Of a DNA stretch of 64,000 nt, positions 8,028-16,477 are shown in pieces; the stretch's first letter is position 1; each line of letters begins with the position of its first letter. The position numbers and the translations under genes are program-made. The stretch covers positions 544,001 through 608,000 of the forward strand of contig CAWDVE010000019.1 in the NCBI GenBank assembly GCA_963805625.1. The letters are read 5' to 3'. The DNA is from an uncultured Candidatus Rokubacteria bacterium. Lineage in GTDB: Bacteria; Methylomirabilota; Methylomirabilia; Rokubacteriales; DASRDR01. A model generated the notes under the pieces. It had not been told where the DNA came from and did no database searches. It saw nothing but the letters and a program-made list of their open reading frames with translations.

Positions 8028-9424
8028 GCACGCGCCAGCGTCTGGGCGACGTGCTGTTGGAGCGCGAGCTCATCACGCGAGCGCAGCTCGACGAGGCGCT
8101 GGCGCGCCACCGATTGAATGGGCGCCGCCTTGGCGAGGTGCTCCTGTCGATGGGCGCCATCACCCAGGAGCAGCTCACCTGGGGCCTGTCCGAGGCCCTC
8201 CACATCCCCTTCGTCGAGCTATCGGACGAGATGGTGGACCTGGACGTCGCGCGGTCGCTGCCCGAGGCGGTGCTCCGCCGTCACGAGGCGGTGCCGATCC
8301 TCCGGGTAGCCGACGAGATGACGGTGCTCGTGGCCGATCCGACGAACCGCCAGGCCGCGATCGAGCTTGAGGCCCTGAGCGGCTCCCGGGTCTCCATGGC
8401 GCTGGCGGCCCGGGAGGCCGTGCTCCACTTTCTCGATCACGCCTTCCCGGATTCGAAGGGGGCAGGACACCAGGGCCCGGGTGCGAACGGGCAGACCGGG
8501 CAGGTCGTGGACCTCACCGGCGTCAGCCAGGTGTTCGCACTCCTCCTCGGGGCCGTCCGGGACCGGGCGAGCGAGCTGTACCTCGAGCCGGCCCCGAACG
8601 GCGTCCTCGTCCGCGTCCGGGTCGACGGCCGGCTGCTCGACCGTGCCTGGTTCGACCGCGAGCTGCTCGCGCCGATCACGTTCCGGCTCCGCGTGCTTGC
8701 GGGGCTCCGGGGCGAGCCCGCGCCGAGGCTGGCTCGTGTCCGGACCCGGCTCGAAGGACGCGACACCGAGCTCGAGTTCTTCTTCTTCCCGACGCTGTCG
8801 GGGGAGGCCGTCACGGTGCGCTTCCAGCCCATGGTCGTGGAGGCCCCCACGCTCCTGACGCTCGGCGCGAGCGAGCCCGTCCACCGGCTGCTCGTGGAGC
8901 TCGTCGGAGACGTCACGACACCCGCCAGCCCGGGCGGGCTCGTCGTCGTGGCCGGTCCTGACGCGAGGGCCCGGGCGGAGGTCCTCTACGCTCTCGCCCG
9001 GGCCGCCGCGGCGCCCGGGCGGCGCGTCCTGACCCTCGAGCGGCGCGCCTCGTTCGTGGTGCCCGGGTTCCTCCAGGTCGAGCTTCCCGTCGACTTCGGG
9101 ACGGAGGCCCCCACGGTGCTGAGCCAGCCGGCGGACGTGATCCTCGTCGAGGACGTCACCCCGCCGCCCCTGGCTGCCGCGGCCCTGGCCACCGCCGAGC
9201 AGGGCACGCTCGTCCTGGCCGGCCTCGGTCTCGGCTCGGCGCGGAGCGCGCTGACCTATCTCGCGACGGTCGACCTGCGCGGCCCGCTGCTCGGGCTGAC
9301 CCGGGGCGTCGTCGGCGTGCGGCGCCACGGGCGCGGTCTGACCGTCGATGCCCTCTCCCTTACCCCGGCCCTCCGCCGGGACCTGATCGAGCGAAAGGAC
9401 CCATGGACGTCGCCGAGCTCTTGA
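8024..9424 (+). CDS. PilB/GspE-like protein with N-terminal MshEN domain and degenerate ATPase motifs
   Basis: Tandem RLGxxLL MshEN motifs; RASELYLEP and VRVRVDG N2-domain motifs; Walker A position reads GPDARARAE; His box absent. Confidence 0.8.
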   Translation: MSTRQRLGDVLLERELITRAQLDEALARHRLNGRRLGEVLLSMGAITQEQLTWGLSEALHIPFVELSDEMVDLDVARSLPEAVLRRHEAVPILRVADEMTVLVADPTNRQAAIELEALSGSRVSMALAAREAVLHFLDHAFPDSKGAGHQGPGANGQTGQVVDLTGVSQVFALLLGAVRDRASELYLEPAPNGVLVRVRVDGRLLDRAWFDRELLAPITFRLRVLAGLRGEPAPRLARVRTRLEGRDTELEFFFFPTLSGEAVTVRFQPMVVEAPTLLTLGASEPVHRLLVELVGDVTTPASPGGLVVVAGPDARARAEVLYALARAAAAPGRRVLTLERRASFVVPGFLQVELPVDFGTEAPTVLSQPADVILVEDVTPPPLAAAALATAEQGTLVLAGLGLGSARSALTYLATVDLRGPLLGLTRGVVGVRRHGRGLTVDALSLTPALRRDLIERKDPWTSPSS

Positions 9425-10488
9425 TTCTCACGAAGGAGCGAGGTGGATCCGACCTCCACCTGTCCGCTGGAGCACAGCCGCTGATGCGACTCCACGGCCA
9501 ACTCACGCCCATCGAGGACCGCCCTCTCAGCCGGGACGAGGTCCACAAGATGGTCTACGAGATCCTCAACGACGACCAGCGGCGGCTGTTCGAGGAGCAG
9601 CGCGACCTGGACTTCGCCATCGAGATCGGGGAGCACGCGCGGTTCCGCGTCAACGTGTTCAACCAGCGGAACGGCGAGGGGGCGGTGTTCCGGGTGATCC
9701 CCACGCAGATCCGGTCATTCCAGGAGCTCGGTCTGCCGGAGGTCATGCAGACGCTGGCCCTTCGGGAGAACGGCCTGGTGCTGGTCACCGGTCCGACCGG
9801 CTCGGGCAAGTCGACGACACTGGCGGCCATGATCGACCTCGTGAACGCGACCCAGAAGAAGCACATCATCACGCTCGAGGACCCGATCGAGTTCGTCCAC
9901 CGGTCCAAGGGTTGCCTCGTGAACCAGCGGGAGACGGGGTCGCACACGAAGTCGTTCGCGGCGGCGCTCCGGGCGGCCCTCCGGGAGGACCCCGATGTCA
10001 TCCTCGTGGGCGAGATGCGGGACCTCGAGACGATCAGTCTCGCGCTGACGGCTGCGGAGACGGGGCATCTCGTCTTCGCCACGCTTCACACCAAGAGCGC
10101 GCCGAAGACGATCGACCGCATCATCGATGCATTCCCGCCCGCGCAGCAGCAGCAGGTGCGCGTGCAGCTGGCCGAGGCCCTCCAGGGCGTGGTCTCGCAG
10201 CTCCTGTTCCCGACGAAGGACAAGAAGGGACGGGTGGCCGCCTTCGAGATCATGGTGGCGACCGTGGCCATCCGAAACCTCATCCGGGAAGGGAAGACCC
10301 ACCAGATGCCTTCCTCGATCCAGACGGGCACACAGCACGGCATGCAGAGCCTGGAGCAGGCCCTCCGGAACCTCGTGATGCAGGGTCGGATCGATCGGGC
10401 GCACGCCGAGGGGGTCCTGCAGTCGTCCTCGTCTGGCTCTGGCGGTACGCTCGGTCCAGCTCCTGCCGCGGCCACGGGTGGTCGGTAG
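9403..10488 (+). CDS. pilT: Type IV pilus retraction ATPase PilT
   Basis: SDLHL, GPTGSGKSTT, EDPIE, LREDPDVILVGEMRD, AETGHLVFATLHT, AIRNLIRE. Confidence 0.96.
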   Translation: MDVAELLILTKERGGSDLHLSAGAQPLMRLHGQLTPIEDRPLSRDEVHKMVYEILNDDQRRLFEEQRDLDFAIEIGEHARFRVNVFNQRNGEGAVFRVIPTQIRSFQELGLPEVMQTLALRENGLVLVTGPTGSGKSTTLAAMIDLVNATQKKHIITLEDPIEFVHRSKGCLVNQRETGSHTKSFAAALRAALREDPDVILVGEMRDLETISLALTAAETGHLVFATLHTKSAPKTIDRIIDAFPPAQQQQVRVQLAEALQGVVSQLLFPTKDKKGRVAAFEIMVATVAIRNLIREGKTHQMPSSIQTGTQHGMQSLEQALRNLVMQGRIDRAHAEGVLQSSSSGSGGTLGPAPAAATGGR

Positions 10489-10494
10489 GACCCC

Positions 10495-11562
10495 GTGACG
10501 ACGTTCGACGCGGTGCTCACCGAGGCCGTCTCGAGCGGGGCGTCGGATGTCTACTTCCTGGAGGGCGTTCCCCCCGCGATCAAGGTGGATGGCCTCGTGA
10601 ACCCCGTCGCCGGCGCGGCCGCGCTCGATGCCGCGGCGATGCGCGGCATTCTCGAGCGGCTCCTGCCGGTGCGAGAGCGGACCGCCTTCGCGGAGGTCGG
10701 CGAGGCGAACCTGTCGCACATGCACCCCATCCTCGGCCGTTTCCGCGTGAACTGCTACCGGGCGATGGGAGTCTCGGGCGCGGTGCTCCGCCGGGTGAAG
10801 ACGGAGGTGCCGACGCTCGAGTCGCTCGAGCTGCCGTCGCTCCTGGGCACCCTGGCGCTGGAGCGCCAGGGGCTGATCCTCCTGGTGGGCGCGACGGGCG
10901 CGGGGAAGTCCACGACCGTCGCCGCCATGCTCCACCACCGCATCACGCGGTCCCGCGGCCACGTAGTGACGATCGAGGATCCGGTGGAGTTCCTGCACGA
11001 CTCGGATCAGAGCATCGTGTCGCAGCGCGAGGTGGGGATCGACACCGAATCCTATCTGGTGGGCCTGCGCAACGCGCTCCGACAGGCCCCCGACGCCATC
11101 TTCGTCGGCGAGCTCCGGGATCCCGAGACGGTGGCGGTCGCGCTGCATTCCGCCGAGACCGGCCACCTCGTCGTGTCCACGCTTCACGCGACGAACGCGA
11201 CGACGGCCATCGAGCGCCTGCTCAACTTCTTTCAGCCCGAGGTGCGGACCTCGACGCTCCTCCAGCTGTCGCTCACGCTCCGTGCCGTGGTCGCGCAGCG
11301 GCTCGTTCCTCGGGTCGAGGGAAAGGGTCGGGCCGCCGCCACCGAGATCATGTTGGTCACGCCGCGCATCCAGGCGCTGATCCGGCGCGGCGAGCTCGAA
11401 ACCGTGCGGCAGGCGATCGAGGAGGGCTCAAACGAGGGGCTCCAGACCTTCGACCAGGCGCTGTTCGACCTCCTCCAGCGTAAGGCCATCGGACAGGACG
11501 ACGCCGTCCGTTTCGCCGACAGCCCGAACAACCTCCGGCTCCGAATGAAGGGCATCCGCTAG
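10495..11562 (+). CDS. pilU: PilT/PilU family retraction ATPase (PilU-like)
   Basis: GATGAGKSTT, QREVGIDT, LRQAPDAIFVGELRD, QTFDQALF, ADSPNNLRL C-terminus; follows pilT. Confidence 0.88.
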   Translation: MTTFDAVLTEAVSSGASDVYFLEGVPPAIKVDGLVNPVAGAAALDAAAMRGILERLLPVRERTAFAEVGEANLSHMHPILGRFRVNCYRAMGVSGAVLRRVKTEVPTLESLELPSLLGTLALERQGLILLVGATGAGKSTTVAAMLHHRITRSRGHVVTIEDPVEFLHDSDQSIVSQREVGIDTESYLVGLRNALRQAPDAIFVGELRDPETVAVALHSAETGHLVVSTLHATNATTAIERLLNFFQPEVRTSTLLQLSLTLRAVVAQRLVPRVEGKGRAAATEIMLVTPRIQALIRRGELETVRQAIEEGSNEGLQTFDQALFDLLQRKAIGQDDAVRFADSPNNLRLRMKGIR

Positions 11563-11564
11563 GC

Positions 11565-11654
11565 GGTCGGCGGCCGTGCGGCCGCGATCAACCGCCCGGG
11601 CTCGGGCTCGGAGCTGAAACCGGGTGTGCGGGCGATGATCGACGGGCGCCGACC
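11565..11654. terminator. Imperfect long hairpin between convergent pilU and kinase genes
   Basis: GGTCGGCG...CGATCAACCGCCCG pairs imperfectly with CGGGCGATGATCG...CGCCGACC; no U tract. Confidence 0.3.
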
Positions 11655-11663
11655 TTCGAGGTC

Positions 11664-14051
11664 TCACTCACTCGAACTCGTGGATTCCGACCCAACTGGC
11701 AGGGTGAAGGTGAACGTGGACCCCTGGCCCACCTGGCTCCGGACCCACATCTGCCCCCCGTGTAACTCCACGAACTTCTTGGCCAGTGTCAGCCCGAGCC
11801 CCGTGCCCTCGGGCCGCTGGAGGCCAGCGACCCCCACCTGGCGGAACTCTTCGAAAATTGCTGCTTGATCCTCCGGCGCGATTCCGATCCCGGTGTCGCT
11901 GACCGAGATCTCGATGACGCCATCCGAGGGCGTTGCCGTGCTGGTGACCCGCCCACCCTCAGGGGTGAACTTCACGGCGTTGGAGAGGAGATTCAGCAGT
12001 ATCTGCTTGACCTTCCGCTCGTCAGCTACGATGTCTCCCACGCGCCCGTCCACGGCCTGGGCGAGGGTGATCCCGTGCCGGGTCGCACGCTCCCGAACCA
12101 GGGTCAGCGCATTGTCGAGGGCGGTGGGCAGGTGGAAACGCCCGAGCTCCAGCTCAAGCCGTCCGGCCTCCACCTTGGAAAGGTCGAGAATGTCGTTGAT
12201 CAGCGAGAGGAGATGACGGCCGGAGGCCAGAATGTCCCGGAGGTACTCGGCCTGCTTCTCGTTCACGTCCCCGAACATCTGCTCTGCCAGGACCTCCGAA
12301 AAGCCAATGACGGCATTGAGCGGCGTCCGCAGCTCGTGGGACATGTTGGCGAGGAACTCGGACTTGTGGCGGCTAGCCGCTTCGAGTTGTCTGCCCTTGC
12401 TCTCGATCTCTCGAAAGAGACGTGCATTCTCGATCGCCAGGGCCGACTGCGCGGCAAACGTCTCCAGCAGTCCGGTCAGTTCGGCCGGGAACTCGCCCGG
12501 GTCTCGTCGCCGCACGACGAGACCGCCGATGATCCGCTCCTCTCGCACGAGGGGCACGGCAAGGAGGGCGCGGACTCCGGACTTGACCGCGAGATCGTGT
12601 AGACGTCCACCGTATGCCCCGGGCGTCAGGACGTCGGCGACCTGCACGGGCTGTCCGGAGGCCACGGCCCGCCCCACCGCTCCTTCACCGTACCGTATGG
12701 GCACCGCGCGAAGCTCAGCCACGTGCTCGTCGGTCATCCCGTGGCTGACACTCACCATGAACTGCTGGGTCGTCTCGTCGTACTCGTAGATCGTGCCCTC
12801 GTCGGCCCCGACGAGCTGCACCGCGTGCATCACGATGCTGTTGAGCACTGCCTGGAGGTCGAGGGTCGAGCTGACCGCCCGACCTATCTCAGCGAGCGCG
12901 GTCAGCCGCTGTAGCGCCTCCATGAGGTCCCGCGTTCGCTCGGCGACCCTCCGCTCGAGATTCGCGTGTGACTCCTCGAGTCGCACCGCCGTCCGGTTGA
13001 ACTCGTCGCCGAGCGTCTCCAGCTCGTCGCCGGTCCGGACCTGTATGCGGTGACTCAGATCGCCTGCGCCGATCCGCGCGGCCCCGGTCTGGAGGACGCG
13101 GATCGGGGCAACCATGCGTCGGGCCAGGAGCACGCTCGCCAGAACCGAGAGCACGAGACCGAGAGCGAAGAGAATGATGCTGCGGACGATCGAGGCCTGA
13201 AGGGGTGCGAATGCCTCGCCGAGCGGCTGCTCCACGAACACGACCCATCCGAGCGGCGCGACGGGGGCATACGCGGCGAGGAACTGCCCACCGTGCAGGC
13301 CCGGGCCCACCATGCCGACTCGCTCGTCGCCCGAGGCCGATCGAGGGCCGCGTGCGGAACGGACCTGGGGCAGGGCGGATAGATCACGCTTCTGAAGGAC
13401 CAGGCTGATGTCCGGGTGGGCGACCAGGCGGCCGAGCGAGTCGACGACGTACGCATACCCCGCCTTGCCGATCCGGATCCGGGAGACCACGTCCCAGATG
13501 GCCTTCAGGTTGACCTCGGCGACGGTGACCTCTACGCGGTATTCGGTCACGGGCACCGCGATGGTCATGTAGGGTTCGGACTCGTTCCGGAAATACACTG
13601 GGCTGAAGTACGTCGTACCAGCTCTGGCCTCGAGAAACTTCGGCGCTCGCGAGTAGTCCTCCTCGCTGCCGATGGCGTCCAGGGCCATGCGGGACACTCG
13701 AAGCCGTTCTTTTCCGGACGCGTCGAGGTGACTGATCTCGGTAATCGCCGGGACGTTGCGGAGCAGCCGGAGATAGTCGATCTCCCGCTGCTCCTGTGCC
13801 GCCACCGGATCGTCGAAGGCGGCCTGGGTCGTCCAGCGCACCTGCCGCTCGATGTCTTGGACGAACTGCTCGATCCTCCCCGCCGCCGCTACCGCTTGCT
13901 CGTGCTCGATCCGGACGAGCGCCGCCTTGGTCTCCTGGTAGGAAAAGTAAAGGTCGACCGCGCTGCTGACCAGGAGTACGCCGCCGACCAGGAGGAGGAG
14001 GACGACGACGTACTTTCGGAAGAGTCGACCTCGCGACCCTGACTCGTTCAT
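11664..14051 (-). CDS. Sensor histidine kinase (Cache-HAMP-GAF-HisKA-HATPase)
   Basis: Two TMs around a Cache-like region (YFSPVY, GYAYVVDSLGRLVAHPD); H-box FLANMSHELRTPLN; NAVKFT; GTGLGL. Confidence 0.93.
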   Translation of the reverse strand: MNESGSRGRLFRKYVVVLLLLVGGVLLVSSAVDLYFSYQETKAALVRIEHEQAVAAAGRIEQFVQDIERQVRWTTQAAFDDPVAAQEQREIDYLRLLRNVPAITEISHLDASGKERLRVSRMALDAIGSEEDYSRAPKFLEARAGTTYFSPVYFRNESEPYMTIAVPVTEYRVEVTVAEVNLKAIWDVVSRIRIGKAGYAYVVDSLGRLVAHPDISLVLQKRDLSALPQVRSARGPRSASGDERVGMVGPGLHGGQFLAAYAPVAPLGWVVFVEQPLGEAFAPLQASIVRSIILFALGLVLSVLASVLLARRMVAPIRVLQTGAARIGAGDLSHRIQVRTGDELETLGDEFNRTAVRLEESHANLERRVAERTRDLMEALQRLTALAEIGRAVSSTLDLQAVLNSIVMHAVQLVGADEGTIYEYDETTQQFMVSVSHGMTDEHVAELRAVPIRYGEGAVGRAVASGQPVQVADVLTPGAYGGRLHDLAVKSGVRALLAVPLVREERIIGGLVVRRRDPGEFPAELTGLLETFAAQSALAIENARLFREIESKGRQLEAASRHKSEFLANMSHELRTPLNAVIGFSEVLAEQMFGDVNEKQAEYLRDILASGRHLLSLINDILDLSKVEAGRLELELGRFHLPTALDNALTLVRERATRHGITLAQAVDGRVGDIVADERKVKQILLNLLSNAVKFTPEGGRVTSTATPSDGVIEISVSDTGIGIAPEDQAAIFEEFRQVGVAGLQRPEGTGLGLTLAKKFVELHGGQMWVRSQVGQGSTFTFTLPVGSESTSSSE

Positions 14052-15046
14052 CGTTGCAACCTGTCGGCGCGGAGCAAGACCTTCCGCGGTACCGTCAGTC
14101 CGAGGAGGTTGGCGGTCTTGAGATTCACCACGAGGTCAATCTTGTCGGCCCCTTCCACGGGCAGGTCCTGGGGGCGTGCCCCTCGCAAGATCTTCGCCAC
14201 CAACCGCGCTGCCTGAACCCCCTGCGCGTAATAGTCGGGCCCGTAGGAGACGAGACCGCCGTTGCCGACCCAGAGCGCCGCCGGAAAGACGGCCGGTATG
14301 CGGGCCGCCAGCGACGCTTCCAGGAGCACGGCCGGTATGTCCATCGTCGCGATGTCCGGGGGCAACAGTGCGTCGCCGGGTCCAAGTTCCTTGAGGGCCC
14401 GCTCGAGGTCCTCCGCGGTGCGCACCGGGCGGTCCACCACCCGAAGCTTCAACCGTGGTCCCGCTTCCTGGGCCTTCCGGGCCGCTGCCACAGAGGAGGG
14501 GTCGCCAGGATAATAAATGACCCAGATACGCTGGACGGCCGGTACGAGCTTCTGCAGAGTCTCAATGCGCTTCGGCACCAGCTCGGTGGTCAGGTTCGAC
14601 ACGCCGGTGACGTTCCCGCCCGGATGCGCGAGCTGTGCGACGATTCCGACGGCCACTGGATCTCCCACAAGGGTGAAAACGATGGGGACTTTCTGCGTGG
14701 CGTGTTTGGCTGCCCGGGTAGCAGCCTCGTTGCTGGTAAAGAGCAGATCGACCTGCGCCTTTACCAGGGCGGCCGTGGCGGCATTCGTGGCTGACGGATC
14801 GCCCTTGGTGAAATGGATGTCGAATGTGACGTCCCGGTCCTCGTCGAGCCCCAGTTCCTTGAGGCCGGCCTTGAGTCCCTCAACGGTGGGGTGGTTCGCC
14901 GTCCACGCCTCGTTGAGCACGCCGACGCGGTAGGGACGGCGCCCTTCCTCGGCGTCAGCCTTCGCGGAGAGAAGCACAAGAACGACCGCGAGTGCCCCCA
15001 ACGCGCAAATCGAGAGGAAGCGAGAAGATCTCAGCGCTGATTCCAC
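14048..15046 (-). CDS. ABC-type substrate-binding protein (ABC_sub_bind/TrpX-like), no transporter genes adjacent
   Basis: Signal peptide; PIVFTLVGDPVAVGIV, LAHPGGNVTGV, GGLVSYGPD, LVVNLKTA..LGLTVP; ATGA overlap with the kinase. Confidence 0.9.
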   Translation of the reverse strand: MESALRSSRFLSICALGALAVVLVLLSAKADAEEGRRPYRVGVLNEAWTANHPTVEGLKAGLKELGLDEDRDVTFDIHFTKGDPSATNAATAALVKAQVDLLFTSNEAATRAAKHATQKVPIVFTLVGDPVAVGIVAQLAHPGGNVTGVSNLTTELVPKRIETLQKLVPAVQRIWVIYYPGDPSSVAAARKAQEAGPRLKLRVVDRPVRTAEDLERALKELGPGDALLPPDIATMDIPAVLLEASLAARIPAVFPAALWVGNGGLVSYGPDYYAQGVQAARLVAKILRGARPQDLPVEGADKIDLVVNLKTANLLGLTVPRKVLLRADRLQR

Positions 15047-15129
15047 GGGGGTGTCGGAGGGCGGGGCTTGCCAGGGTCCAGCTCCTCAGGCCACCCGATT
15101 ACGTTCTTGTCGTCCCGCCACTGGACCAT
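15031..15129 (-). pseudogene. C-terminal remnant of a LivJ-like amino-acid binding protein gene
   Basis: VQWRDDKNVIGWPEELDPGKPRPPTPPWNQR-stop resembles the QWQxGKxxxxWPxxxAxxKxxxPxPxW end of branched-chain-type SBPs; no upstream gene body. Confidence 0.55.
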
Positions 15130-15275
15130 GAGCGCCGCGCGATCGGAAGGCCGTCCTTGTTCGCCCGGGGGGCTGCCGATATGAATCAGTCCGCCGACCG
15201 CACGGTCACGATCAAAACTCACAAAGCCGAGGCCAACGATGGTGTCGCTGGTCTTCTTGGCGACGTAAATTCATT

Positions 15276-16271
15276 CTACTTGGTAACCCCGGCCTCTCTC
15301 ATCAGCACGCCCATCAACTCATCCTGCTCCGCCAGGAACTTGCTGAAATCGGCCGATCCCTTGTACAGGATACGGAAGGGACCATGATTCATGAGATCCA
15401 CGAACTCCTTGCTTCTGACGATCCTGCCGACAGCCTTCTCGTATACAGCCACGATTTCCGGTGAAGTGCCCTTGGGCAAAGCGATACCGCGCCACGTCCC
15501 CGTGCTGTAGTTGAGGCCCAACTCCTTCAACGTGGGGACGTTCGGGAAGGCCGGATCTCGCTTCTCCGCCATGGTCGCCAGGGCGCGAACTTTCCCGGCC
15601 TCGATCAGTGCGCGGCCCTCGACGAGGCTGGCCGTTACGACCTTTACACGGCCCGCGACCAGATCATCCAATGCGGTGGCTGCGCCCGTACTCGGGACGA
15701 ACGGCAAGGCATCAACCGGGATTCCTGCAGTCTTGAGCATGCCCGCCCGGGCCAGGTCCCAGATCCCGCCCTTGGCGGCTCCAGCGGCCCAAACTTTGCC
15801 CGGATTCGATTTCACGTAATCCAGGAGGTCTCTCAGCGTTTTCCAATCAGACGTGGTGGCAACTTGTACGCCGGCAGCATCGAGGTTGAGCAGGGCCACC
15901 GGCGTGAAGTCCTTGTAGGTGGGGATCTGTCGGAGAGGCGTCAAGTCCGTCCAGTGCAGCATGGCCAGGTCGACCGTCACCATCGTGATGGTATGGCCGT
16001 CCGGAGCAGCCGTTGCGCCAGCGGTATGGCCCAGCATGCCGCCGCCACCCTCGCGATTGACGACGGTGACCGGCTGGCCGAGCTCCTTCTCGAGGAGGGG
16101 CGCCATCATCCGGGCGATCCGATCTGTGCCGCCGCCCGCTGTCCAGGGAACGATGAATTGGACGGGTCGGCTGGGCACCTTTGGCTGAGCTGAGGCAAGC
16201 GCTGGCCATGTTGCAACCAGCGCAAGAGCCAAGATCGCAATCACCGCTCGGATTCTGATCCAGTGTCGCAG
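15276..16271 (-). CDS. Bug/TctC tripartite tricarboxylate transporter substrate-binding protein
   Basis: PVQFIVPWTAGGGTDRIAR, VVNREGGGG, APDGHTI, VPTLKELG, WRGIALPKGT; start is either CTG 16271 (after GAGGAAG) or GTG 16244. Confidence 0.92.
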   Translation of the reverse strand: MRHWIRIRAVIAILALALVATWPALASAQPKVPSRPVQFIVPWTAGGGTDRIARMMAPLLEKELGQPVTVVNREGGGGMLGHTAGATAAPDGHTITMVTVDLAMLHWTDLTPLRQIPTYKDFTPVALLNLDAAGVQVATTSDWKTLRDLLDYVKSNPGKVWAAGAAKGGIWDLARAGMLKTAGIPVDALPFVPSTGAATALDDLVAGRVKVVTASLVEGRALIEAGKVRALATMAEKRDPAFPNVPTLKELGLNYSTGTWRGIALPKGTSPEIVAVYEKAVGRIVRSKEFVDLMNHGPFRILYKGSADFSKFLAEQDELMGVLMREAGVTK

Positions 16272-16477
16272 GGCTCTTCCTCGCTAGTCTTAGTAACGCG
16301 CCATTTGGACGACAGCGCCCTTCTGGTCTTGGTGTGCTTCAAGCGGCGCCGGTCGCCCAGGTGCATCGGATTGGCCAGCTTCGCGTACTTCCGGAAGGTC
16401 GGCGATACAAGTGCTCTGTCTGCGACCCATACCCCCAGGCAAGCATAGCCCAGCCGCTGCGCGTTACCAAGAGAGCG

